From Chara braunii (taxonomy: Eukaryota; Plantae; Charophyceae), in contig BFEA01000001.1 of the NCBI GenBank assembly GCA_003427395.1, forward strand, positions 8,329,887 through 8,393,886: DNA of 64,000 bases, given 5' to 3'. How positions within the stretch are numbered: position 1 is the first letter of the stretch; every line of letters begins with the position of its first letter. The notes below the pieces were generated by a model that saw only the letters and a program-made list of their open reading frames with translations, was not told the DNA's origin and did no database searches. Shown here piece by piece: positions 51,250 through 63,350 of the stretch. Position numbers and translations under genes: made by a program.

Positions 51250-52250
51250 GAGATCATTGCCTTGTTGATACATCACACTGAAACATGGCCGCCTCTTTCA
51301 TATGATTTATGGTTTTCTGGATGTGGATGAGCAGGTCTGAGCATAATTGAACAGCACAAACCTGAAGCACTGGTGCTGGGACACAAGGAAACTCTACGTC
51401 GGATTGGGAATGGTAAGTTGCAGATGGCTTAAATGACCAGTACCTCCGAGCCTCTTTCTCCCAACGTGGACTTGCACTGTGCGCCAATGAAAAACGGTCC
51501 ACCAGCAGCGCACTTTTCTCCGTGTTTCTTGGCGCCGCCAGGCATTTTGATCCGTCGCACTGTTCATCAGAAAATCCTACGGAATGGCTCGATTTCGACT
51601 CTGGGCGAGGTACTCTTGGTTCAAAAATCTGTTTGGCAAAGTCAGAGCTTATGCATGCTGCGCAAGGTGGCAGTTTCATAATGACGCTTATCAATGTGTC
51701 GTACGTCTGCGCTGGCACTCAATTGGTATTGGGTGTGTGCAGATGGTGATTCTTTCCTTGCCCTTTTCCTTGTTGAAAGCTAAAGCTATGATTCTGATTG
51801 TGTGAAGGATCAGCTCGACTCCCAACTACTACCCTTTACTGCGTCGGTTGGGCAGCAATCCATGGCAGGTTGGTAGGGTCCCTTGGGTAGAGCTTGGAAA
51901 AACAGTTGGTTGAGATTTCCCGAAACTGTCTCCCAAGTCTTCAGCTAGATTGTGCTGCCTCATTGCTCAATACTGCACGCACGCATCTCCTAATAAATAA
52001 ACTATGAGTCAAAGTCCTGCTGAATAGGCAGCATAGGCCCTGCCCCCTTCTCTTTTCTTGTCATTGAAGGGTGTTTTCCAGCTCTCTCAATTTTGGCTCT
52101 GGCCACCCCTGTGAAAAATCTTGAGACAGAGTTGGAAGTGAGTTCTGGAGCGACTGGTGGAGAGTGGCTCATGCCATATTCCATCATGGGTGTGACTATA
52201 CGCTTCCTGCTGTACTTTCGTATGAGGACTATTGCCACTGCTTCTTAAAA
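51250..52250 (-). mobile_element. Possible degenerate LINE RT C-terminal remnant
   Basis: IVTPMMEYGMS resembles the P.LEYG motif downstream of LINE RT; otherwise decayed. Confidence 0.3.
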
Positions 52251-53124
52251 TCACTGACTTCTCTACATTCTTGCAGTCTTCGCACCAATGTTTTGTCCAT
52301 ACATTCTTTTGTTCACACTTGGGTGTACATCTGTTTGTGCGTGTGTGTGCACCAATTTTTCCTTCATACATTCTTTTGTTCAGATTTGGGTGTAGATCTG
52401 TGTGTCTGTATGTTTAATGAATCATAGGTCCACCATGACGCAAATCACAGCGTGCTGCGATCAAGTATGCAATCAAACACATACCAGAACAAAACAATCC
52501 ACATCTCATGGTGACTACAGAAGCCGCACATACCCAACAAGAAAGCATAAGAATGTGCACACAGCGGCCTCTATCTTTCATCAGCCCTACAAAAACACAA
52601 GGGCTAGAGCCCCAGGGCACTAGGTCTTCAACAGAGGAAAGGCATGCAAACAAACAGCGTAAAGTGCAAACAAACAGTGTAAGGCAACAAAGGGAAGGCA
52701 GACGAAAGATGGTGAAGTAAAAGGCATGTGGCAACAAAACATGCCATGACGTGCAACAACAAAGGACAAAGGAAGGAGGGTAAGGGGGAGGTGGGTGGGG
52801 ACACCAAGGCATAAGACAACAAGGTGTAGAAATATAGGCAGCAACAAGGGACAATGGTTGGAGAGCACAGGGGAGGCAAGAGGTAACAAGGCATGTGATG
52901 TCTGCAGCAACAAAGGGCAAAGGTTGGAGGGCAAGGGGGAGGCGGGTGGGCAGACAAAGGCAGACGACAACAAAGTATACAGGCGAGAACAATGAGCAAA
53001 GGTGATCGGGCGCGGAGGGGGCGGGAGGGCAGATGACACTCATGCCCACAAAGGGCAACTTGAAGTAAAAATTGAAGTCCCAAAAAAAACAGGAGACTGA
53101 ACGGAAAAAAGAAACTGATGATAA

Positions 53125-53183
53125 CAAGGTTGTTTTGTCAGAGTTGGACCGATTCATCAGGAGGCTGAACCCTCGGCAATCTG
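53125..53183 (-). ncRNA. Degenerate copy of the type III hammerhead
   Basis: Minus strand cagattgcc gagg gttcag cctc ctgatga atcgg tccaact ctgac aaaa; 21 nt identical to 9152-9172, GAAA and cleavage triplet mutated. Confidence 0.8.
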
Positions 53184-53995
53184 CGGAATCTCTGTATTAG
53201 ATGGTTTGGGTCTTGAACCCTTTGACCCTTGTTGAAGGCAGACTGTCCCCAAGCTGAACATAGCAGCGGTCAGCAACCCTGCGGAGCACCAGGCAACGCA
53301 GTAGAGGCAACACGGATGCAGAGCGCCAAAAACGTCTCCAAGGAACGACACGGCAAGCAGATGGCGTATGAACAGCACAGCAACCACGTAGTGAAGCACA
53401 AGGCAACACAAACAAGGCAACCACAATTCAAAGGACGACAGGGCGAGCGGACCAGCATCTCGGCAGCCGTGTAGCGAAGCACAAGGCAACAGCAACAAGG
53501 CAACCAACCTACAAGGCATGCAAGCAATAAACACGGAATGCACGACCAGTGGATGGGCAGCAAGGCAGCGGAGCAGCAAAGCGGAAGGCAACACCAACAA
53601 CACGGCCACACCACTCAGCAAACACATCAACTTGCAGAGAACCACATGTGAAGCAAGTGGGACAGGCAGCAAGGCAGCAGCGGAGAAGCAGACGAGGGAG
53701 TCGACACATCCAACATGGAGCAAAGCCTCACATTCCCTACTCACATCACCATTGAACCCCGCAGACTGTTGGCTCCCACCACCCACTGAGCCAGGGAGAC
53801 ACTTCGACGAGCATCCGTCATCACCCACAGGCAACACACAGCCCAAATCGAGCGGCCCCCCTAAGAGTGCTGTAGGCACATCAGACAAGGAATGACCGAC
53901 TGTTTGGCACTACTTGAAGGTGCTCAGTTGGCCACACAAAAAGAACTTACAGAGGGAAGACAAACGACATGGGGAAGACAGATATGCATAAAACT

Positions 53996-54029
<34 letters not shown>

Positions 54030-54408
54030 CGCACTGAGTTAAGAAAGGCCACAACAATCTGTGGTACGGCCATTTTGATAATAAGTTGTTTTCATTCACA
54101 CAATCCATAGCAGAACACCATGTTGCTCCGCACACTTCATGCTGCCGGGTCTAACCACCCTGCTTACTCTTTGTCCCATTGACTATGTTGATTGTTCCAG
54201 ATATTTCCTGTTGGAGATTAACGTAGGCTAGCAATACGATTCCCAAAGATCTCCTCTTTGTCCCATTGACTATGTTCGAGATATTTCCTGTTGGAGATTA
54301 ACATAGGCTAGCAATACGATTCCCAAAGATCTCCACAGATATGCAGATACAGAGAACAGAAACAGACAAACACTTATGGATAAACACACAAGAAAAGAAC
54401 AAGAGTAA

Positions 54409-54468
54409 TGACGCACTATTCTGTGAGACTTGCACTGATGCATCAGGGTGCTGGACCGTCAACAGCGT
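54409..54468 (-). ncRNA. More degenerate copy of the type III hammerhead
   Basis: ctgttgacggtccagcaccctgatgcatcagtgcaagtctcacagaatagtgcgtca aligns without gaps to 9147-9203; its 5' flank is homologous to that of the 53.1 kb copy. Confidence 0.65.
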
Positions 54469-54509
54469 TTAGAATCCCTATGTTGATATTTTTAGTAGTG
54501 ATCCCCGTT

Positions 54510-54960
54510 AACCCCTGTTGCAAGTGGGCAGCAGACAGATGACGTCCCGACTCCCAAGAAGCAAGGCAAGGGCCAGGCAACAGGGCACTTGGAAGACAAG
54601 CAGAGCAAGGCATATAGGCTGGAGGGCACGGGGGAGAGAGGTGGGCAGCCAAACAGCAAGGCATATAGTAGCAGGCAAGCCGCCCTGTTGCAAGTGGACG
54701 GCCGACAGGTGACATCCCATGCAGCAAGGCAAGGGCCAGGCAACAGGGCACTTGGACGACAAGCAAGAGCAAGGAATATAGGCTGAAGAGCACGGGGGAG
54801 CGAGGCGGGCAGCCAAACAACAAGGCACATAGCAGGCAACCCCTGTTGCAACCGGGCAGCCGACAGGTGATGTCCCAATCAGCAAAGCAAGGGCCAGGCA
54901 ACAGGGCACTTGGACAACAAGCAAGAGCAAGGAATATAGGCTGAAGAGCACGGGGGAGAG
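54510..54960. repeat. ~180-bp tandem repeat, ~2.5 copies
   Basis: ccctgttgcaa...gcaagggccaggcaacagggcacttgga recurs at ~54512, ~54683, ~54841. Confidence 0.85.
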
Positions 54961-56980
54961 AGGTGGGCCAAACAAAGGCATACGTCAGGCGACAAGGCAG
55001 CCAAACAAAGGCATATGTCAGGCGACAAGGCAGGCAAACAACAAGGCAAGTGGCAGTGAGACCCTATGAGCAGCCGGCAACCAAGCATCACGTCAAGAAG
55101 GCAGTGAGGCAACAGAGCAACAGCGCACGAGTCTGAAAGGCGATAAGGCAGCAAGGCAGGATGGCAGCCAAACGACAAGGCATGCATGCGTAGAGATGAG
55201 TTATGAATAGTGCTGCGTTCTGCATACTTGTCCAAGTGGTTATCACTACCCAAGGTGGACCACCTTTACTTGTGCAAGTGGTTGGCACCATCCAAGCTGG
55301 ACCTTCTTTTCTGTAAAAAGAGCGCGGTCAGTGAGGGCACGAGGACATCCGATGCATCTTCGTGAAGCAGGCGATCTCAATTGGCTTCTTAATCCTACCT
55401 TCATCATGTCTTTCGGACTAGGGGATATTCCTTATTTCTTGAAAGGTCCCAGGCTCAAGGGGCTCGCAGGCCTGACTTCCGAGATGAGGGCACCTGTTTG
55501 TTAAAAAAAGGAAAAGAAAAAAGACGACAAAAGGAGAAAGGAAAAAAGTGAAAGGACGCAAGACACAAAGAGCCAATTGAAAAGAAGGGGGAAGCGACAA
55601 GAAAAAAGAAAAGAAGTAAAAAATCAATCAAGAGTCGAGACGAAAGGACGCAAGGGGATACAGCAGAATAGTACGTCAGTTTCTGGTTTTTTTTTTTTTT
55701 TTTTTTTTTTTTTCCCCTCTTCTGAAGGTTTGTGCGTGCGTCCATTTCTCTGCTTCCTTCGCTTTGTTCTCCTTTTTCTGCCTTTCCTGTGATTAGGTCC
55801 TGTGCGCGCACATGTGTGTGTGGGGTGGGGTGGGGTGCAATCACCAAACATCAGCTATCAAGGGTGCTGTGAAACCGTTCAGCCACTCGCGATGTCGCTA
55901 TCAAGCTTTAATGAATCAGAACTGGCACTGCGGCTGCATGTCCCCTTTTGCGCAGGTGTTCCTTCAGCGACTCGCCATGTTGCTATCAAGCTTTAGCGAA
56001 TCAGAATTGGCACTGCAGCTGCATGTCCCCTTTTGTGCAGGTTTTCATCTCTATTTATAGACCCTAAAGAGAGGGTTGATTGTGCGTTTGTTCGGTGGTC
56101 ATCCTGCAGTTGGCAGAAAGCTTGTTAAGCACTGTGTCGGGCGCGGAACGTCAATCACGATCAGGAACGAGACACTCCTCGTTGTTCCAGCTGCGGTAGG
56201 TGCACTTTTCTTTTTTTCCTTTGGCCCGGGTTTGCGTACTTCATCTCATTGTTTCACTTCATAGTGGAGGAGGGAGAAAAGGCACAAGGGGTGATCTCAG
56301 CTGCCGCACTAAGGCCACCTCATGACCACACCTTTTAACACAGTCTCTGCGTACGACAACAAATTGGATAATCGAGAGAGTGCAATGCCATTCTTGCCTG
56401 TTCCTTGTTATTCATCCATCTTCCCTCTGTTCTGCCTACTGCAGCTGCGTCGAGGTTTACAGTCATTAGATCCATCTTGGCAATATCCGATGGTCTCTGT
56501 GTCCATATCCTGGGGTTATAGTCGCTAGATCCCAGGCTATAATGACAGGGAAAATCATGACCGCTCGTTCTGTTTGGGAGAAGATGATATAGCTGGGATC
56601 AGTGGCGGAGATGATCAGCACGTGTTAGCCTCAAGAAAAACAACACTATCATGCAGAACGCTTGCTGATCACCTCTGCCACTGATCCTAGCTATATCATC
56701 GTCACCCAATAGCTGCACTTTTTGGGGCGACTTTCGGTCTAAAATATTTTCTAAATAGAGCGACAATGACCGTACATTCTATTCTGGGGAAGACATATGG
56801 AGTGCTTGAGCCTCTCATAAGCTAGAAATTTCCTGGTGGTAAAGTACCAGGTGTTTCAGGATCTGCTTTAATGACTCTGCAGACCTTAACTGGAAAACTT
56901 TCTTTCCCCCCCCCCACCCAAATAAAACAGGGCCTTATGGTCCTGGCTCTGTATCCATTCTGGGGAGCATCAGTTAGGTT

Positions 56981-57528
56981 CAGTGTTGCACCCCCCGACG
57001 GTCGGCGGCCCTTGACTGGTTGGCTGCCGACCCGCCGACCAATCGGCTGGTCGGCACCTAGCAGTCGGGGGTTGTCGGCACCATGCAAAAAAAAANNNNN
57101 NNNNNNNNNNNNNNNNNNNNNNNNNNNNNNNNNNNNNNNNNNNNNNNNNNNNNNNNNNNNNNNNNNNNNNNNNNNNNNNNNNNNNNNNNNNNNNNNNNNN
57201 NNNNNNNNNNNNNNNNNNNNNNNNNNNNNNNNNNNNNNNNNNNNNNNNNNNNNNNNNNNNNNNNNNNNNNNNNNNNNNNNNNNNNNNNNNNNNNNNNCCC
57301 CCTTATACTCCAACCCCAACCCCACCATACCCCCCCTCATCCCCAAAAGTTTCTCAGCGGATTTGGGCTCTACTCAGCAAGTGCGGTACAGCCCCCAACT
57401 CAGATTTGAAAAAAATCAGCGGATGGTTGTTTTCTGACTGATCGGCAGACCGCCGACCGGTCGGCCCTTCTGGTCGGCTGCAATACGGTCGGCGGTCGGG
57501 GTCGGCGGTCGGCAAGGATGCAACCCTG
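56981..57528 (-). mobile_element. hAT-type element, same family, inverted (contains a gap)
   Basis: Ends cagtgttgca / tgcaaccctg, TSD gttaggtt/gttcggtt. Confidence 0.85.
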
Positions 57529-57547
57529 GTTCGGTTCCTTTGTTGCC

Positions 57548-57638
57548 TCTCGATTTATGCATGTCATCCTTCCGCAGGGGCCATGCTAATCCTAATGGAC
57601 CTAATCTTCTTTGTATCGTTCCAATTTTAACGGATGCC
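57548..57638 (-). pseudogene. U6: U6 snRNA copy, truncated at both ends, with internal insertion
   Basis: catccgttaaaattggaacgatacaaagaagattag[gtccattaggattag]catggcccctgcggaaggatgacatgcataaatcgaga. Confidence 0.9.
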
Positions 57639-57849
57639 AGTCAATTTTGGATACAACATGTACACCCCTCACGCATCCTCCTCCCGTTCGGCGAAAGGAC
57701 CCCTGACCAGCATAGATTGCTCCCTGTTACCAGGAGGATTGACTGTCAGCTTGCCGTTCGCATGTATTCCTCCCCGCTCTCTTGCGTATGCCTGTCAGTT
57801 CTGGCAATTGTCCTCTAGAAAATTAGTAGAAAGTACTAGAAACATAAGA

Positions 57850-58200
57850 AGGCAACCTCCCTTCGAACCGATCATCAGGACAATGTTGGGCTCTCAAGCA
57901 TCTCTGTCTGGGCGTCCTGTCTCCATGCTGGAGTCTCTGAATTGTGCCAGTCCTTGAATTTCAGCCGCATGTCGTTGACATCTGCCTCCTTGCCCTGCGC
58001 TAGCCAGATTCTTTTGAACCTCATCAGGCATCAGGTGTACCTGACTGGTGTGAACCATCTCCTTAACCTTCCTCCATTTGCAGAGAATCTCTGCTCCCAC
58101 CATGGTCTTTGTAGTGGCGCGCACGTTCTCAATTGCGTTCTTAGTCTTGTCCAGGATTCTGCTGCATCTTTTCCTTCCACCAGATTGCCCATAGAATAGC
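57850..58200 (-). mobile_element. L1-type LINE 3' remnant
   Basis: Minus strand KAILWAIWWKE resembles the W.IW motif. Confidence 0.4.
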
Positions 58201-59224
58201 TTTACGAGCTAGGATGGTCCACGGGCCGCCCGGCGGCCTGGTCGTCGCCCGGGGGGGGGCGCCGGGCCACCTGGCCGGTTGTCACGCCCGGTTGGCCACC
58301 GGGCGCCGTCAGCGCATCAGTGCAGGTTTTTTTTTTTTTTTTTTTTNNNNNNNNNNNNNNNNNNNNNNNNNNNNNNNNNNNNNNNNNNNNNNNNNNNNNN
58401 NNNNNNNNNNNNNNNNNNNNNNNNNNNNNNNNNNNNNNNNNNNNNNNNNNNNNNNNNNNNNNNNNNNNNNNNNNNNNNNNNNNNNNNNNNNNNNNNNNNN
58501 NNNNNNNNNNNNNNNNNNNNNNNNNNNNNNNNNNNNNNNNNNNNNNNNNNNNNNNNNNNNNNNNNNNNNNNNNNNNNNNNNNNNNNNNNNNNNNNNNNNN
58601 NNNNNNNNNNNNNNNNNNNNNNNNNNNNNNNNNNNNNNNNNNNNNNNNNNNNNNNNNNNNNNNNNNNNNNNNNNNNNNNNNNNNNNTTTTTTTTTCGGCG
58701 CTGGGGGCCTTTTCGCCCTCATGGCAGACTATGCAGACCACGAAAGTAAAAAAAACTGGACCGGCAGGCCCGATTTCACCGAGTCGAAATCGGGCCCAAT
58801 CTGGATCGTCGATCTCAAACATCGACGGCCCAGATCCGCCGGAATTTCAAATCGGTGAGGGCGGGAACAACCGGCCCCCGTTCCCTCCCCCGTTCTCACG
58901 TGTACCCCCTACCGTCTTCCCCCGAACATAACGCACCCTAAAAATGAATGTATACGAGTTATATTTCCTGCCAGATACAGCCAAAATGAGGGTGTGTTGT
59001 GTTAGGGGGAAGACGGGTCCCCCCGTTCCCCGCCCTGCAGTTGTGTCGCTCCGCCGGACTTCGACGCTGCCAGCACCTGCCAACGCCCGCCTCCGCACGT
59101 GACCCAGCCGACCCTGCCAACGCCCGCCATTGCGGGTCCCCGCCATCGACAAGGTAAGGGACTTTTGTTGTTGGGGGGGGGGGGGGGGGGAAGAGAGAGA
59201 GAAAGAGGGAGAGAAAGAGAGAGA

Positions 59225-59337
59225 TCTTCTTCTTCTTCTTCTTCTTTTTCATCATCACTTCTTCTTCTTCTTTTTCATCATCACTTCTTCTTCTTCTTCT
59301 TCTTCGTTGCCGCTTCTTCTTCCTCCTCTTCTTCTTC

Positions 59338-59368
<31 letters not shown>

Positions 59369-59431
59369 CTTCTTCTTCTTCTTCTTTTTCATCGTCACTT
59401 TTTTTTCTTCTTCTTCTTCTTCTTCATCGCC

Positions 59432-59462
<31 letters not shown>

Positions 59463-59612
59463 CTTTGCTGTCGCTTCTTCTTCCTCCTCTTCTTCTTCTT
59501 CTTCTTCTTCTTCTTCTTCTTCTTCTTCTTCTTCTTGGTCACTTCTTCTTCTTGTTCTTCTTCATCGTCACTTCTTCTTCGTTGTCGTTTCTTCTTCCTC
59601 CTCTTCTTCTTC

Positions 59613-59643
<31 letters not shown>

Positions 59644-59670
59644 CTTCTAATTCTTTGCTGCTTCTTCTTC
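59225..59670. repeat. (TTC)n microsatellite block
   Basis: Directly visible. Confidence 0.95.
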
Positions 59671-60119
59671 GCACCCGTTTCAGGCCCCATTCCCCTCCCT
59701 CCCAAATCGTCAGGATCACGCCCAATCGCTGGTCCCCCCCGCGTGGCCGTGGTCCCCCCCGCGTGGCCCCGTCATGCCCCTTGTGCTCCTTGCTCCCCGA
59801 CTCTTTCCCCCCCGCTCTCCACACGGGCTCACCATCCCGATCACCCACCTGCGCTCTCCCGACGTCATTCCCCCCCCCCCGATCGTCTCGCTTCCNNNNN
59901 NNNNNNNNNNNNNNNNNNNNNNNNNNNNNNNNNNNNNNNNNNNNNNNNNNNNNNNNNNNNNNNNNNNNNNNNNNNNNNNNNNNNNNNNNNNNNNNCCCCC
60001 CCAAGTTCATTTTTTATTGCGGATTCGGGGTCTTCTAGGGTAGCGCAGCACAACCCCACCTTCCAAAAAAAAAAAAAAAAAATTCCTTGCTGGGTTTTTT
60101 CGTCGCCCGGTTTCGCCTG

Positions 60120-60581
60120 GCGGGGCGGGTATGGGAGTGTTTGTGGGGTTATTAGGGGTTCTGGACCCAAAAAAAAAAGATTATTTTTATTTTTATTTTT
60201 TGTGGGGTGCCGACAACCCCCGACCGGTAGGTGCCGACCAGCCAGGGAAGGGGTCTAGGTATCTGCTTAGCCTAAGCAGGTCTTACTCCGCACAGCCTGA
60301 AGGAACAACTCCCTTGGATCCCGGAGTGGATGTGACTGAAAATGTACGGTATGGAGTTGACTCTTTACTAGGCCTTTGGATTCACAGTTACAAAAAAACC
60401 GTTCGGGTTTACTATGGATTTGTCAGAAATGTTTGATGCTTCTTGGGGTTTTCTGTTTGATACTCTGACTGTGGTTATGTTAATTGTGGTCACTTTTGTC
60501 AGTAGTTCAGTTCATACGACCAGTCGGCGGGTCGGCAGCCGACCAGTCAAGGATCGCCGACGGTCAGGGTGTGCAACACTG
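60120..60581 (+). mobile_element. Right arm of the same hAT family, interrupted by a ~270-bp insert
   Basis: ggggttctggacccaaaa..ccgaccggtaggtgccgacca and cagccgaccagtcaagg..tgcaacactg match 50580-50728. Confidence 0.8.
60415..60516 (+). pseudogene. nad5: Mitochondrial nad5 fragment (NUMT)
   Basis: [31 protein letters not shown] is nearly identical to the plant mitochondrial NAD5 N-terminal region as I recall it. Confidence 0.9.
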
Positions 60582-61589
60582 GTGGGTAGAGAAAATCTAG
60601 GAGTTAATGGATGCCCATTGTTCTGTTTTCTCTGAGCAGCCGTTTCTGGAAATGTGATTTTGATTAGCAGCAAGCCGAATGCAACAAGTCATCTTAGCGA
60701 ACACTGCTCTTTTATGACACTGAAACTAAAACATCAAGTCGATGCCCGCACTTTTGTCCCAAAGACCGCTCGACCGCTCCGCCCCTTGATTTAAAGTAAT
60801 GTGCCTGTGTGAGTCAGTGTGACAGATACTAGCGGCACTGGTCAGGCCATGTGCCATTTGGTACCTGATAGTGGTCGAACTTCGACTCTTCTGGTTCCTC
60901 ATTTTCTGATACTAGCGGGACTGGGTCGGTCCTTGCAGCTGAGTGATCCAAAGCCTATTTGTGACTACTGTGTATCTTGGGGTGTTGATCAATGAAATGG
61001 CGAGCGGACAAGATGCTTGAAACTTGGTTTTCAATCGGCATGTAAGTCCTTCTCATCGATAAACTTGCTGGTATGTATGATTGCGTCCGAATGCATTGGG
61101 GACCCCCGTGTTGTCGACATAGGAGTACATACCCACCTGCTGAGTCAGTACTGACCTGCAGTTCTGTTACTCTGTGATTGTGACCTTTATTAATATATAC
61201 CATGCAGGGACACACGATTGGACACTTGGCTCTCTTCCATGTGCCCACTAGAATACTGGTTGCAGGGGACCATTGTACAGGGTGAGTCACTTTCTTGCTC
61301 TCTGTTTCAAAGGGGGGGTTAGCTCCTAATATCATTGTATCCATCCGATCTGGTCTGGAGTTGAGTCCATGATCTGTTTGCTGTTAACAGGTACATGTAT
61401 GTACTATGTAGTATGTACCGTTCCGTTGCATGAGCTGGGTGTACACTGTACAGCATGAGTGTTACATTACATTGCACAGGGCGAGTCGTCTTCATGCTCT
61501 CTTTTCCAAGGGTGGTATATCTTAATATGGTTTTATGTACCGTTCCGTCGCATGAGCTGGGTGTACAGCATGAGTGTTACATTACATTG

Positions 61590-61900
61590 CACAGGGGAGT
61601 CGTCTTCGTACTCTCTTTTCCTGAGTCGTCTTCGTACTCTCTTTTCCTGAGTCGTCTTCGTACTCTCTTTTCCTGAGTCGCTTATACACATCTAGATGTG
61701 TATAAGAGAACAGCATGAGTGTTACATTACATTGCACAGGGGAGTCGTCTTCGTACTCTCTTTTCCTGAGTCGTCTTCGTACTCTCTTTTCCTGAGTCGT
61801 CTTCGTACTCTCTTTTCCTGAGTCGTCTTCGTACTCTCTTTTCCTGAGTCGTCTTCGTACTCTCTTTTCCTGAGTCGTCTTCGTACTCTCTTTCCCAAGG
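61590..61900. repeat. ~26-bp minisatellite
   Basis: Tandem gagtcgtcttcgtactctcttttcct. Confidence 0.92.
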
Positions 61901-63064
61901 GCGGTATTTCTTAATATGGTTGTATGAGCTTGTGCCCATCTGATCCAATCAGGAGTTGAACCCATGATCTGTCTGTTATTCAGTTGCATCAGCTGGGTGT
62001 GCCGCATGAGGCTTACGTTTCATTTCATTTCGGCAAGCTTCCCCATTACGCATTGGTAGAGTGCTGTCTGTTAGACAGCACTCTAATCCACAACCGCATC
62101 CTCGGTGAAATGGACAGGGCTACCGCCTTCCCCCGAAAAGAACGTACGGCCATTACCCCTGTACCTAGACTGAAACTTGGCCCAAATGCAGGCATACTTA
62201 CTGTACATTCTGTTCGGGTGAAGACGGTAGGGTTATGCATTGATGTTGGTGCAGCATCCAACTCTGCACTATGATTGATAACACAAGGATGGTTGTATTT
62301 CCTTTCTTTTTTTTTTCTTTTTTTTTTTTGTATTACGACGTGATCACTAGCCTTCTTCACCAGTCCCCTTTTGCAGAGAGGAGGAGGGGAAGGGAGGAGG
62401 TTGAGGTCAGGTGAGAGAAATGGCTCAGGGATCGAGCCCCTCCTTGTAACCATGTCATCACCCTCCCACGGTTTGCAAGAAAACCGACCATCACAAAGCT
62501 TTAGCAAGTACAACAGTTAACACTACTCAATAGTAACAGACTAACAGTTATGCTCGTGCTGGAGCGGAGTTCGAACTCAGGTCTGTATTTCAACAGTTCA
62601 GTCCAGGGGGGGTGTACGAACTGATCTAGGCCAATTGGTGCATTCCAGTATCCCTTGATCATGACATCTACAAGAAATAGTGATAGAAGGGGAAAGGGGA
62701 GTGACGGAGAAGAAGACGAACAAAAGGAGGAGGAGGAGGAGGAGGAGAAGAAGAAGAAGAAGAAGAAGACACTTGGAGGCAAGCTATGTCGATCAGGCAC
62801 AATGCTCGTCTTGAAAAACGAGGAATAGACAGAGAAAAAAACTGGCGGTGTCCCCTACGCCACATGTCAGCCTCTCACCAGACAGAGGCCGGGGCAGCGG
62901 GACACAAATGCTTGATATATAATCCAAAGGTGAAATATCTCCAAGGTGCAACCACTGAGTACAGCCCCACCCTCACCAGGTAGGACTGTGCACTGTAAAC
63001 CCTAAGTGTGGGGCAATGTGGGTGGAAAAGGAAAGAGTAGAAGGGATAAAAATAAAGAAGAAAT

Positions 63065-63169
63065 GTCCTTCAGGACATTCATTAAAATTGGAACGATGCA
63101 GAGAAGATTAGGATTAGCATGGTTCCCTGTTGCAAGGATGACACAGATAAATCGAGAAATGTTCCAATT
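63065..63169 (+). pseudogene. U6: Full-length U6 snRNA retrocopy with poly(A) tail
   Basis: gtccttcaggacattcattaaaattggaacgatgcagagaagattaggattagcatgg..aaggatgacacagataaatcgagaaatgttccaatt, then an A-run instead of a T terminator. Confidence 0.92.
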
Positions 63170-63261
63170 AAAAAAAAGAAAAAAAAAAAGAAAGAAAGGA
63201 AGATAGAAGGAAAGAAGGAATGAAGCAAGAGCTGTTAAGTATATAAGTATATATATATATA

Positions 63262-63350
63262 AAACTCCGAAACAGTTTGTCATAGCCCCTCGTTTGTTGT
63301 CCTCTTCTCTCTCTCTGCCTACGGTTTACCGGGCAGTTCTGTTTGTGACG
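63262..63350 (+). mobile_element. 5'-truncated copy of the type III hammerhead element, inserted in (AT)n
   Basis: aaactccgaaacagtttgtcatagcccctcg...gtttgtgacg matches 9180-9271 and is flanked on both sides by atatat. Confidence 0.88.

Noticed and set aside
58000-58030. ctgatga-ggttc/gaatc on the minus strand as a hammerhead (similar hits at 31142, 44046, 52578, 57871)
   Set aside because: No GAAA or closing stems.
61590-61900. CRISPR-like regular repeat
   Set aside because: No unique spacers; a eukaryotic minisatellite.
61340-61985. gggttcaactcc B-box-like motif suggesting a tRNA or tRNA-SINE
   Set aside because: No cloverleaf or A-box.
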